Assembly (NCBI GenBank): GCA_048359995.1
Contig: DBGCPK010000017.1
Span: 9,240 to 73,239 of the forward strand
Reading direction: 5' to 3'
DNA: 64,000 nucleotides
DNA from: Bacilli bacterium
Lineage (GTDB): Bacteria; Bacillota_I; Bacilli_A; RFN20; CAG-449
The first letter of the stretch is position 1, and every line of letters starts with the position of its first letter. Under the pieces are notes generated by a model. The model made no database searches, was not told where the DNA came from, and worked only from the letters and a program-made list of their open reading frames with translations. Of this stretch, positions 18,047-27,329 are shown one piece after another. Made by a program: the position numbers and the translations under genes.

Positions 18047-19309
18047 ATGAGCATTCTGGATTATTCGTATCAATTGCTGAGCAAATTGAAAAACAAGGAG
18101 ATGACGTTCAGTTACGTCATCAACAAGAAGATCGGGCCGGACGAAATCGACTCTCCTTTGGTCATGCCTTTGAAAGACGCGATGAAAGCGGTCGTCAACC
18201 GGTATTATTTTCTGGCATGGGAAGTCAAGCACTATTTGAAAGGAATCGCTTTGAGCGAATACGAACTCGACATTTTGGTTTTGGCTTTGGCTTTGACCCG
18301 ATATTCGCGAAATCTCGAAGAAGGCAGAATCGAAAGCGAATTAACGGAGACTCTGTCCCGAAACGGAAGCGCGTTGGAAACGGAAACGGTGCTGAAAATG
18401 ATCGGAGAACTGAAAGAAAAGGCCACGACCCTTCCGGATGTCTTCAACGAAAACTTTTCCAAGAAGATCAGCCTGAATTACGCTTATCCGGAATGGCTGG
18501 TTTCGATGATGCGGAAGCATTACGGTACTCGTTTCACCTACAAGAGCATTGCCGCAAGCCGGAAAAGCACGCCGATTTCGATCTGCACCAACGAAATCCT
18601 GACCGATAAGATCGAGGACGAAGCGTTTCAGAAAACGGAAACGACGGCGAACAGTTACTTCTACGTCGGAAAGAAAAAACTTTTCGAAGAAGAACTGTTT
18701 TTGAGCAGAAAAGTCTTCGTGCTGGATCAAAGCGAACAGAAAGTTCTCGACAATTTGAAGATCGTGCAGGGAGAGAAAATTCTGATGTACGGAAAATTCG
18801 AACCGTCGTTCGTCGTCGATATCTGCGCGAAACTGATGGATTTAGGGAAAGTTCGCGTCGCTTTGGAAAACGGCGAGGCGGTCGGCAATTTGAGAAAAGT
18901 CGTTCAGAAATTCAGATTCCGTTCGTGCGAGGTGTTCGAAAGCCCTTTGAATCTGATTTGCACGCACTCTTCCGACGACAACGACCGCGTAATCGTTCTT
19001 CCGGAAAACAGCGAACTGGGCTTGATCCGAAAGAAACCGGAAGTCTTGCTGTCTTTGAAGAAAGAGGATCTGGACGCCTATATCGAAGGGGAGACAGCCG
19101 TCCTGAATGAAATGGCGCAGTACGTAAAGAGCGACGGGGAACTCGACTATCTGGTTCCGACGCTCAACAAGAAAGAATCGTTCGGCCTAATCCGGAATTT
19201 CTTACAGGAACATCCTCAATTCGGCCTAATCGAAGAAAAGACGATCTTTCCTTTCGAGTACAAAGGAGAAGGAATTTACTACGCCCGATTGAGAAAGTTG
19301 GGAAAATAG
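18047..19309 (+). CDS. RsmB (Sun)-like protein, predicted catalytically inactive
   Basis: NusB-like N-term, YAYPEWLVSMM..., C-terminal ...KGEGIYYARLRKLGK align to E. coli RsmB; motif I DLCAAPGGKT->DICAKLMDLG, PC motif DAPCS->LPENS, TC motif ATCS->PTLN. Confidence 0.6.
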   Translation: MSILDYSYQLLSKLKNKEMTFSYVINKKIGPDEIDSPLVMPLKDAMKAVVNRYYFLAWEVKHYLKGIALSEYELDILVLALALTRYSRNLEEGRIESELTETLSRNGSALETETVLKMIGELKEKATTLPDVFNENFSKKISLNYAYPEWLVSMMRKHYGTRFTYKSIAASRKSTPISICTNEILTDKIEDEAFQKTETTANSYFYVGKKKLFEEELFLSRKVFVLDQSEQKVLDNLKIVQGEKILMYGKFEPSFVVDICAKLMDLGKVRVALENGEAVGNLRKVVQKFRFRSCEVFESPLNLICTHSSDDNDRVIVLPENSELGLIRKKPEVLLSLKKEDLDAYIEGETAVLNEMAQYVKSDGELDYLVPTLNKKESFGLIRNFLQEHPQFGLIEEKTIFPFEYKGEGIYYARLRKLGK

Positions 19310-19310
19310 A

Positions 19311-20351
19311 ATGATCAACCTGTACGGTCTCACTTTAAGCAAGCTGGAAGCGCAGATGGTCGAAGAAGGTCAGAACAAGTACCGCGCGAAGCAACTTTTT
19401 ACGTGGATATACGAAAAAGGCGTTTCCGACTTCGAGACGATGAGCGATATCTCCAAGAAATTTCAGGAAGTGCTGAAAGAAAAATATTGCTTGGAAAAAC
19501 CGAAAATTTTTCTTCGTCAGAACGCTTCGGACGGCACGGTGAAACTGCTGCTGGAATTGAACGACGGAGAAAAGGTCGAAACGGTACTGATGCGTTACAA
19601 CTACGGCAACGTCGCCTGCGTATCGAGTCAGGTCGGCTGCAATATGGGTTGTTCTTTCTGCGCCTCCGGCCTTTTGAAGAAGCAGAGAAATCTTTCCGTC
19701 GAAGAGATGGTCGGCGAAGTGCTGGTTCTCAACGATATCCTGAAAGAAGAAAATCAGAGAATCACGCACGTCGTGGTGATGGGAACGGGGGAACCTTTCG
19801 ACAATTACGACAACGTCATCGACTTCGTCCGCATCGTCAACGATCAGAAAGCGCTGGCGATCGGCGCGCGGCACATCACGGTTTCCACCTGCGGAATTCC
19901 CGATAAAATCGTTCGGTACGGGCAAGAAGGGTTGCAGATCAATTTGGCGATCTCCCTGCACGCTCCGAATAATTCCTTGCGAAATCGATTGATGAAAATC
20001 AACAAAGCCTATCCTTTGGAAGTGCTGATTCCCGCGGTGGCAAAGTATATCGCTTTGGCCGATCGACGGGTGACCTACGAATACATCATGCTCAAAGGAA
20101 TCAACGACTCTTTGGAATGCGCGAAAGAATTGGTGGAACTCATTAAGCCGACTTACGCGTACGTCAATCTGATTCCGTACAATTCGGTCAGCGAAAACGG
20201 CTTCCTCCGCGCGGACAATGCGCAAGTGAGGCTTTTTATGGACTATCTAATCAAACACGGCGTCAACACGACGATCCGGAAAGAATTCGGCAGTGACATC
20301 GACGCCGCGTGCGGGCAATTGCGCGCGAAGCATCGGAAAGGCGAAGCATGA
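19311..20351 (+). CDS. rlmN: 23S rRNA m2A2503 / tRNA m2A37 methyltransferase RlmN (radical SAM)
   Basis: CNMGCSFC radical-SAM cluster motif, C-terminal catalytic Cys. Confidence 0.9.
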   Translation: MINLYGLTLSKLEAQMVEEGQNKYRAKQLFTWIYEKGVSDFETMSDISKKFQEVLKEKYCLEKPKIFLRQNASDGTVKLLLELNDGEKVETVLMRYNYGNVACVSSQVGCNMGCSFCASGLLKKQRNLSVEEMVGEVLVLNDILKEENQRITHVVVMGTGEPFDNYDNVIDFVRIVNDQKALAIGARHITVSTCGIPDKIVRYGQEGLQINLAISLHAPNNSLRNRLMKINKAYPLEVLIPAVAKYIALADRRVTYEYIMLKGINDSLECAKELVELIKPTYAYVNLIPYNSVSENGFLRADNAQVRLFMDYLIKHGVNTTIRKEFGSDIDAACGQLRAKHRKGEA

Positions 20352-21073
20352 TCTACGCCCGAAGCGATCAAGGAATCGTCAGAAAAAACAACGAGGACGC
20401 CGTGGAAGTTTTCATCTGCGGAGAGATCACCTATCTGATGGTTCTCGACGGAATGGGCGGTCATAACCGAGGGGACACCGCTTCGTCTATGGCATTAAGC
20501 GAATTGAAAAAGGAATTGAAGAAAAAAGAGAGTTTTCATTCGGTTTTCTCCTTGCGCCGTTTTATTCTCCGTGCGATTAAAAAGGCCAACCGCGCGGTCA
20601 ACGAATTGGGCAACGCGTTGACGGAATACGCGGATATGGGGACGACCCTCGTACTCGCCGCGATCGCGGGAAATCTACTCCTCCTCTTCAACGTCGGCGA
20701 TTCGCGTTGCTATGCGATGAAAGAAGGAAAAATGCGCCAGATCAGCGAAGATCAGACCTATGTCGAATTCCTTTACAAGACGGGGAAGATCACGTTCGAA
20801 GAGAAAAAGACGCACCCGAAAAGGCACGTTCTGATGAACGCGCTGGGAACGTATTCGACGATCAGCATCGCCACGAAAATTCTCCGTGAAAGTTATGACA
20901 AAATCTTGCTTTGCTCGGACGGATTATATAATATGGTTGATGACGAATATATCGAACTGATTTTGAAAAAAGACGGTTCGGCAAAAGATAAAGTGGATGA
21001 ACTGATCGAATTATCCAATCTCAACGGAGGGAAAGATAATATTGCCGTCGCATTGTGGGAGGCTGACAGATGA
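20348..21073 (+). CDS. stp: PP2C-family Ser/Thr phosphatase (Stp/PrpC)
   Basis: RSDQGIVRKNNED...DGMGGH...GDSRCY...DGL motifs; start overlaps rlmN stop. Confidence 0.85.
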   Translation: MIYARSDQGIVRKNNEDAVEVFICGEITYLMVLDGMGGHNRGDTASSMALSELKKELKKKESFHSVFSLRRFILRAIKKANRAVNELGNALTEYADMGTTLVLAAIAGNLLLLFNVGDSRCYAMKEGKMRQISEDQTYVEFLYKTGKITFEEKKTHPKRHVLMNALGTYSTISIATKILRESYDKILLCSDGLYNMVDDEYIELILKKDGSAKDKVDELIELSNLNGGKDNIAVALWEADR

Positions 21074-21948
21074 AATTACAGGAGATTATCGACGAAAGAT
21101 ACAAAATCAAGTCGCTTTTGGGAGAAGGCGGTATGGCGGAGGTCTATCTTGCCGAAGATTTGATCACACGAAAGGAAGTCGCGGTCAAAATCATCAAGGA
21201 AGATACGATGAAAAATCCGGTCAATTTGACGCGGTTCGAAAGAGAAGCCCGCGCGGCGGCGAGTTTGAATCATCAGAATATCGTCCGCGTCATCAATATC
21301 GGGACTTACGAGGGAAAGCCGTATATGGTCAACGAATTGATCAAGGGGCAGACGCTTCGAAGCGTGCTCAACGTAAGAGGAAAATTTTCGGTGCTGGAAG
21401 CCTGCGACATCATGTATCAACTGTGCTCGGCGATCATTCACGCGCATCAACACGGAGTCATTCATCGCGACATCAAACCGCAGAACGTCTACATAACCGG
21501 CGATTCGACGATCAAACTCGGCGATTTCGGCATTGCCACCTTTCAAAACGCTTCCAAAGTCACCAGAAGCGAAGTTGTCGTCGGTTCGGTGCATTATCTC
21601 GCACCGGAAATTTCGCAGGGGAATCCTGCCAGCGTGAAATCGGACATCTACGCGTTGGGAATCACTTTTTTCGAATTGTTGACAGGGAAAGTCCCTTTCG
21701 ACGACGAATCTCCCGTAACGGTCGCTTTGAAACACATCAAGGACAAGATGCCTTCCGTCCGTAAATTCAATCCGAAAGTTCCACAGTGCATCGAAAAGAT
21801 CATCAATAAGGCGTGCGACAAGAATCCGGCTTCTCGTTACAAGAGCGCCTTCGAAATGCGCAAGGACATCGATCGCATTCTCCGCGATCCGACCATCATC
21901 AATAAGAAGAGTTTCTTCCAGAAACTGTTCGGTAAAAAGAGCAAATGA
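21070..21948 (+). CDS. Ser/Thr protein kinase, catalytic domain only (no TM/PASTA)
   Basis: GEGGMAEVY, VAVK, HRDIKPQN, DFGIA, APE motifs; 292 aa; stop overlaps rsgA start. Confidence 0.85.
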   Translation: MKLQEIIDERYKIKSLLGEGGMAEVYLAEDLITRKEVAVKIIKEDTMKNPVNLTRFEREARAAASLNHQNIVRVINIGTYEGKPYMVNELIKGQTLRSVLNVRGKFSVLEACDIMYQLCSAIIHAHQHGVIHRDIKPQNVYITGDSTIKLGDFGIATFQNASKVTRSEVVVGSVHYLAPEISQGNPASVKSDIYALGITFFELLTGKVPFDDESPVTVALKHIKDKMPSVRKFNPKVPQCIEKIINKACDKNPASRYKSAFEMRKDIDRILRDPTIINKKSFFQKLFGKKSK

Positions 21949-22808
21949 GAGGAAAGGTCATCGCCACGATCGGCGGAGTTTACAAGGTGCGAATCGACGC
22001 GGAACGCTGCTATGACGTCAAACCTTTGGGCGTATTGAAGCACAGGAGAATTCAGATTGTCGTCGGGGACGAAGCGGAAATCGATCCTTCCGATTTCACA
22101 TTGAAGGAGATTTACCCCAGAAAGAATCTTCTGGTTCGACCGCGAATCGCCAATCTTGATCTCGGAGTTGTCGTCATCAGCGCGGATAAACCGCAATTTT
22201 CCAGTTATCTCCTCGATAAGTTTTTGACTTTGCTTCGTTTCAGCGGAGTCGCCCCCCTCGTCGTGCTATCCAAATCCGATCTGATCGACGCCAAGGCGAT
22301 CTCCCGCATCGTAGAGCAGTATCGCCGATTGGAGATCGAAGTGATTCCGTATTCTCAAAACGAAGAGAATTCATTCGCGGAAATCGTCGGCAGAATTGAG
22401 GGAAAAACGGTGGCTTTTATGGGGCAAAGCGGTGTAGGAAAATCGAGTTTGATCAACCGCATCGATTCCTCTTTTTCCCGCGCGGTCGGCGAATATTCAA
22501 CGTCGCTCGGGCGGGGAAAGCATCAAACCAAAGAAGTCGTTCTTCTTCCCTTTCGGAACGGTTATATCGGCGATACGCCGGGATTTTCTTCTCTGGAATT
22601 GCCGTTTTTCAAGGAAGATTTAGCGCACTTTTTTCCTCGCTTCGACCGGCTTTATCTTTCGTGCCGTTACGACAACTGCCTGCACCGAAACGAGCCGGAC
22701 TGCAAAGTCAGGGAGATGGTTCTTCGCGGAGAGATGGAAGAAGAGAACTACCGCAATTACCTGACGCTTTCCGAAGAATTGCCGCATAGAAAGGATCGCT
22801 ATCAATGA
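21945..22808 (+). CDS. rsgA: ribosome small-subunit biogenesis GTPase RsgA (YloQ/CpgA)
   Basis: OB domain, circularly permuted GTPase (SKSDL, GQSGVGKSSL), C-terminal Cys/His zinc knuckle. Confidence 0.85.
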   Translation: MRGKVIATIGGVYKVRIDAERCYDVKPLGVLKHRRIQIVVGDEAEIDPSDFTLKEIYPRKNLLVRPRIANLDLGVVVISADKPQFSSYLLDKFLTLLRFSGVAPLVVLSKSDLIDAKAISRIVEQYRRLEIEVIPYSQNEENSFAEIVGRIEGKTVAFMGQSGVGKSSLINRIDSSFSRAVGEYSTSLGRGKHQTKEVVLLPFRNGYIGDTPGFSSLELPFFKEDLAHFFPRFDRLYLSCRYDNCLHRNEPDCKVREMVLRGEMEEENYRNYLTLSEELPHRKDRYQ

Positions 22809-23470
22809 GAAAAACGCAAGTAAGTCCGTCGATTTTGGGAGTGGAAAAAGAACGGTTGGGAGAAACCTGCCGCCGATTGATTTCCGACGGCGCCGATTGG
22901 ATTCATTTTGACGTAATGGATGGTCGTTTTGTTCCCAATCGTTCGTTTGCCGACGGGGAAATCGACCTGCTGGATGGGATTTTCCGCGAGCGGATTCTCG
23001 ACATTCACCTGATGTGCGAAGAGCCGGAAAAAATTCTTTCGAATTATCTGAAAAAATCAGCGGCTTTCGTCTCGATTCACGCGGAAACGGCCGATTTCGG
23101 AGAACTTCGCGCTCTGGCAAATCGGATCAAACAGGCGGGAATTCGCGCGGGATTGGTTCTCAATCCGGAAACTCCTGTCGAAAGCGTACTGGAATCGCTG
23201 GTGTTTTTCGATCTGATTCTGGTCATGTCGGTTCATCCGGGTTTGGGCGGACAGCCGTTTTTGGAAAAGAGTTTGGACAAAATACGCGCGCTCGACGAAT
23301 ATCGGAGAACGCATCGCCTTTCCTATCTCATCGAAGTGGACGGAGGAATCAACGATCGGACAGGAAAGCAATGTGCGGACGTCGGCGCGGATATTCTCGT
23401 CAGCGGATCATATATTTTAAAGAGCGACGACTTCGCTTCGAAAATCGAAAGGCTGAAATCTCATGCGTGA
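22805..23470 (+). CDS. rpe: ribulose-phosphate 3-epimerase
   Basis: SILGVE..., HFDVMDG, MSVHPGLGGQPF, VDGGIN motifs. Confidence 0.9.
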   Translation: MRKTQVSPSILGVEKERLGETCRRLISDGADWIHFDVMDGRFVPNRSFADGEIDLLDGIFRERILDIHLMCEEPEKILSNYLKKSAAFVSIHAETADFGELRALANRIKQAGIRAGLVLNPETPVESVLESLVFFDLILVMSVHPGLGGQPFLEKSLDKIRALDEYRRTHRLSYLIEVDGGINDRTGKQCADVGADILVSGSYILKSDDFASKIERLKSHA

Positions 23471-24107
23471 AATCTACATTACCCTTGTTCTCGTCGTCGT
23501 CTTTGCCTGCGCGATGGTCATCGGTTTGTCGATTACCCATCATCGTCAGAAGAGCAAATACAGTTTTTTGAGAAATTTTCCGTTCGAGATGAAATCGGAC
23601 AGCCTAAATCTGACGCTGATCTTCCGATTTACTCTGGCTCTTTTCTGCGGCGTATGTTCCGTGGAAAGCCTTTTGCTCTTTTTTCTGGGAGGAATGTATT
23701 TCATCGAAAAAACGCTGGCGATGATTCTGATTCTGAATAGCTTTTTGTTGGTCAGCCTTTTTGTCATCGACACGAAAAATTATTTCGTTCACGCCGTCAA
23801 CGCGATTCTGTTCATGTCCTTGAATGCCGTCGCTTATCTGCTGTTATTCTACTTGCCTCTCCGCGACGCATTTGCCTACTATCCTATGTGGCTCAGCGTC
23901 GTTTCCGCGGTGATCGCCGCATTGCTTCTCGGCTTGGAAATCGGCATCTTTCTCAACAATTGTTTCCGATTGAAAAAAGACGCGGAGGGAAATTATACTC
24001 GGGGAAAAGTATTTCCTCTCGCTTTCGGCGAATGGGTAAACGTTTTTTCCTACGTTCTCCTGTTTCTGATCGTCATTGCGGATTATTTCATCAAACTTTA
24101 CGCATAG
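23463..24107 (+). CDS. hypothetical polytopic membrane protein
   Basis: 214 aa, ~6 TM helices, start overlaps rpe stop. Confidence 0.45.
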   Translation: MREIYITLVLVVVFACAMVIGLSITHHRQKSKYSFLRNFPFEMKSDSLNLTLIFRFTLALFCGVCSVESLLLFFLGGMYFIEKTLAMILILNSFLLVSLFVIDTKNYFVHAVNAILFMSLNAVAYLLLFYLPLRDAFAYYPMWLSVVSAVIAALLLGLEIGIFLNNCFRLKKDAEGNYTRGKVFPLAFGEWVNVFSYVLLFLIVIADYFIKLYA

Positions 24108-24135
24108 TTCGGAATTTCGACAAGTTTTCGCAGAA

Positions 24136-24165
24136 ATAAAAAAATCGGGAAGTTCCCGATTTTTG
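24136..24165. terminator. bidirectional terminator between convergent genes
   Basis: A-run, ATCGGGAAgTTCCCGAT hairpin, T-run. Confidence 0.6.
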
Positions 24166-24177
24166 ATTGTTCCGGAA

Positions 24178-24375
24178 TTAAGCGCCGGTCTTGCTGGACT
24201 TGTTCAACGTCTTAATAGCCCGTGCGGATAATTTCATCGTTACAACACGTCCGTTGATATTGACTTTTACTGGTTGTAAATTGACATTCCATCTTCTACG
24301 AGTCGCTATTAAGGAGTGTGAACGTTTATTCCCGCTTAAAGGACCTTTTCCCGTAATCGGACATACTCTTGCCAT
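24178..24375 (-). CDS. rpmB: 50S ribosomal protein L28
   Basis: [20 protein letters not shown]...RRWNVNLQ; GGAGG RBS. Confidence 0.9.
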   Translation of the reverse strand: MARVCPITGKGPLSGNKRSHSLIATRRRWNVNLQPVKVNINGRVVTMKLSARAIKTLNKSSKTGA

Positions 24376-24474
24376 TTTCCTACCTCCTTAAAAGATGCGA
24401 TTGATCGCTTACCTTGATAAGTTTATCAAATCGTCTCTCTCTTTGCAAATATATTTTTACAGAAAACAAAGATT

Positions 24475-25746
24475 TTACAAAATAATCTTGCTTTTTCTAA
24501 GCCCTTTCGGATATCGGTTGTTGATGCGGCCGTGTACCGCCTTTCCCCAACCGATGGCGTTTCCGCGATATTTCACCAGTACCGTTCCTTCGCGACATGG
24601 CAGATTCAACGCGTCTCCTTTCATGTAGCGGATCGCTTCTTCGTCGGACAATTCGATCTGATTCGGATAATCTCCGATGTAATGAGAAAGGGCATGATCG
24701 AATTCGAAGCCGTACTTTTCCTTGACGCCGAGTTTGATTCCTCCGCGAAGAACGTTGAGATTCCGAAAGTCGAATCGACGAGGAAGACGGTAAAAAATGC
24801 GGTCGAAAGAGTAGATGTAACCTTTGATTCCGAAGAGGCTGTCGTCGGATTCGGGGTAATTCCGCATCGTATCTGCCGCGCTTTCGGGTTTCCGTATCAG
24901 GCAATAGTAATGACCTTCTCCGGGAAAGCGATGTGGAAACAAGTGAATGCCAAGACCGCTTCCCGAAAGGTAAAAGCCGGAAAATTCGGGAATGTCATCG
25001 ATTTTCGCATCGCTCGAATTCAGAAGATGCGCGATGACTTCCTCGTCTTCTTCATAGGAAAAAGAACACGTGGAGTAGATCATCTTTCCGCCCGGTTTAA
25101 GGAGACGATAGGCTTTCACAATCAGATCTTTCTGCACTTCCGCGCAGGCTTGCACTTTGGAATAAGTCCAATCTTCCCGCATCTTCTTTTCCTTGCGGAA
25201 CATTCCCGATCCGGAACAGGGAGCGTCTAAGATGATCTTGTCGAAAGAATCTTCGTAACAGGCAAAATCTTCGATGGAATTATTGGTAACGACGACATTT
25301 CCGAATCCCATTCTTTCGATGTTGGAAGAGAGAAGAAATGCGCGGTTTTTGGAAATCTCATTGCTGACGATCAGACCGCGATCGCTTTTCAAAATGCCCG
25401 CGTGCGCCGTTTTTCCTCCCGGCGCGGCGCATAAATCCAAAACGATATCTTCTTCTTGGGGACGTAGAAAATAAGAAGCCAGCGCCGAACATGGCTCGAA
25501 GATGTAATAAAGCCCCTGTTCGTGATAGATGTGTTTTCCCAACGGATCGATTTCTTCATCGTAAAGATAGCAATGTTCTGCCAAAGGGTGGGCTTCGAGA
25601 GAAGAAAAGCGATTCAAGAGAAATCCGTCTTCGATTTTTGCCGCGTTGACGACGATCGATTTCCGCGCCTTGCCGTCGAATGAGCGCATCAAGGCGGAAA
25701 TTTCGTCTTCGGGCAGATATTTTTTCAAATGTTCTCGGAATTCCAT
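24475..25746 (-). CDS. rsmF: rRNA cytosine-C5 methyltransferase, NOL1/NOP2/Sun family (RsmF/YebU-like), intact catalytic motifs
   Basis: DLCAAPGGKT, DAPCSGSG, IYSTCS motifs, C-terminal RsmF-type domain; start at MEFREHL (the longer ORF-track frame is an upstream extension). Confidence 0.75.
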   Translation of the reverse strand: MEFREHLKKYLPEDEISALMRSFDGKARKSIVVNAAKIEDGFLLNRFSSLEAHPLAEHCYLYDEEIDPLGKHIYHEQGLYYIFEPCSALASYFLRPQEEDIVLDLCAAPGGKTAHAGILKSDRGLIVSNEISKNRAFLLSSNIERMGFGNVVVTNNSIEDFACYEDSFDKIILDAPCSGSGMFRKEKKMREDWTYSKVQACAEVQKDLIVKAYRLLKPGGKMIYSTCSFSYEEDEEVIAHLLNSSDAKIDDIPEFSGFYLSGSGLGIHLFPHRFPGEGHYYCLIRKPESAADTMRNYPESDDSLFGIKGYIYSFDRIFYRLPRRFDFRNLNVLRGGIKLGVKEKYGFEFDHALSHYIGDYPNQIELSDEEAIRYMKGDALNLPCREGTVLVKYRGNAIGWGKAVHGRINNRYPKGLRKSKIIL

Positions 25747-25915
25747 TGCTTTCACCGAAGAAAGTATAGCAGATCTTCGAGGTTTTTCGAAGCAAAAGAG
25801 CGATAAACGAAGCGCATTTGTAGATTTAGGGCAAAAAAAGAAAAGACCGGCGAAATGTAGTTTCATTTTTTTCTTAAATTGGTTATAATCCTTTATTAAA
25901 GGAGGTCGTCGATTC

Positions 25916-26305
25916 TTGAAAACGTGGTCGAAAAGAAAGAAGGCTTTTGCCCTGTACGGAGGAGTCAGTTTGATCTTGATTTTACTTTCGATGATCGGAC
26001 TTTTTTTCGGCGAATGGGCGAGCGTCGCCGTCATGTCCGTCAGCGCGCTTTTCGGCTTCTGCAATCTTTTGATCTATCTTCGAAGCGAAGGGGATATCGC
26101 GCCGGACGGATTAAAAACTTCGTTCGCGCTTCACATTCTGCTTCGCTCAGTCGTGCTGATCGCCGCTTTGACGGCTTCGGCTTTCATCGTGTATTTTTCG
26201 ATGGGGGAAACGGCGCTTCGGGTAAGGTATTCAATGGTGCTTCTGTCGGCTTTGCCTTTTCTCGCGGATACGGCGATCGTCGTTTACGTCGGCGTGAAGG
26301 AGTAG
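25916..26305 (+). CDS. atpI: ATP synthase protein I (AtpI)-like small membrane protein
   Basis: 129-aa 4-TM protein immediately upstream of atpB; TTG start after AGGAGG; extended -10 TGGTTATAAT promoter upstream. Confidence 0.5.
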   Translation: MKTWSKRKKAFALYGGVSLILILLSMIGLFFGEWASVAVMSVSALFGFCNLLIYLRSEGDIAPDGLKTSFALHILLRSVVLIAALTASAFIVYFSMGETALRVRYSMVLLSALPFLADTAIVVYVGVKE

Positions 26306-26308
26306 AAA

Positions 26309-27085
26309 ATGTCTAAGGAACTGATCGACCAATTGTTTCATTTCGGCTGGGATATGTTTTCCGGCGAGGTGATAATGTCCTTGATCGTGATGGGGATCAT
26401 CGCGCTTCTTTCCTTTGCCGTCTTTTTTGTTTTTCGGAAAGCCGATCCTTTAAAACCGGATCGCGGATTCGCGATGCTCGTGGAATCGCTCGTGGAGAAA
26501 TTGGAGAATTTCACCGAAGAGATGATGGGAAAAAAATGGCGATCTTTTGCCGGATATGTTCTCGGATTGGGCGCCTACATCTCTCTCAGTTTTTTGGTTT
26601 CTTTGATGGGATTTCCGGGACCGTTTACTTATCTCGGCAATACGATTTCCATCGCGCTTTGCACGTTCCTTTTGATTCACATCACGGCGATTCGGAAGAA
26701 CAAACTCCGCTATTTCAAGAGATATGTCGATCCTATTCCGGTCTTGCTTCCGGTGAATCTTCTTTCGATGTGGTCGCCGCTTTTATCGCTGTCTTTGCGT
26801 CTTTTCGGAAACGCGCTGGCAGGGTATACGCTGATGACGATCGTCTACTACTTTTTGGGAATGCTTTCCGACGCGATTTTCGGATCGTTTGTAATTTCAG
26901 GCGTTTCCAGCATTTTGCTTCCGCCTCTGATCACTCCGGTTTTACACGCATATTTCGACGTGTTTTCCGGCGCGATACAGACGTTGATTTTCGTGATGTT
27001 GACCATGATGTTCATTTCTCAGGAAGACCCCGACGAAGGGGAAGAGATCGAGAATGTCGTCAGAGTTCAGAAAGGAAAAGCGTAA
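26309..27085 (+). CDS. atpB: F0F1 ATP synthase subunit a
   Basis: LSLRLFGNALAG conserved Arg motif. Confidence 0.85.
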   Translation: MSKELIDQLFHFGWDMFSGEVIMSLIVMGIIALLSFAVFFVFRKADPLKPDRGFAMLVESLVEKLENFTEEMMGKKWRSFAGYVLGLGAYISLSFLVSLMGFPGPFTYLGNTISIALCTFLLIHITAIRKNKLRYFKRYVDPIPVLLPVNLLSMWSPLLSLSLRLFGNALAGYTLMTIVYYFLGMLSDAIFGSFVISGVSSILLPPLITPVLHAYFDVFSGAIQTLIFVMLTMMFISQEDPDEGEEIENVVRVQKGKA

Positions 27086-27097
27086 GGAGGTGAGATT

Positions 27098-27316
27098 ATG
27101 GATTTGAGATATATAGGCGCGGCTCTCGCGGTATTGACCGGATTCGGTTGTGCAATCGGCGAAGGGCTGATCTGCACCAAAGCCGTCGAAGGTATGGCCA
27201 GAAACCCGGAAATGTATTCGAAATTGCGTACGGCGATGATTATCGGCTGTTCGTTGACCGAGACGACCGGCATTTACGGCCTGCTGATTGCGATTTTGTG
27301 CTTGTTTGCAGCGTAA
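27098..27316 (+). CDS. atpE: F0F1 ATP synthase subunit c (Na+-binding-type signature)
   Basis: 72-aa hairpin; helix1 ...IGEGL..., helix2 ...SLTETTGIYGL... Confidence 0.85.
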   Translation: MDLRYIGAALAVLTGFGCAIGEGLICTKAVEGMARNPEMYSKLRTAMIIGCSLTETTGIYGLLIAILCLFAA

Positions 27317-27329
27317 GAAGGAAGGAAAT

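Noticed and set aside
24407-24422. TTGATAAgtTTATCAA inverted repeat upstream of rpmB as a Zur box
   Set aside because: Does not resemble the Firmicute Zur consensus (TAAATCGTAATnATTACGATTTA); probably part of the promoter/operator but the regulator cannot be assigned.
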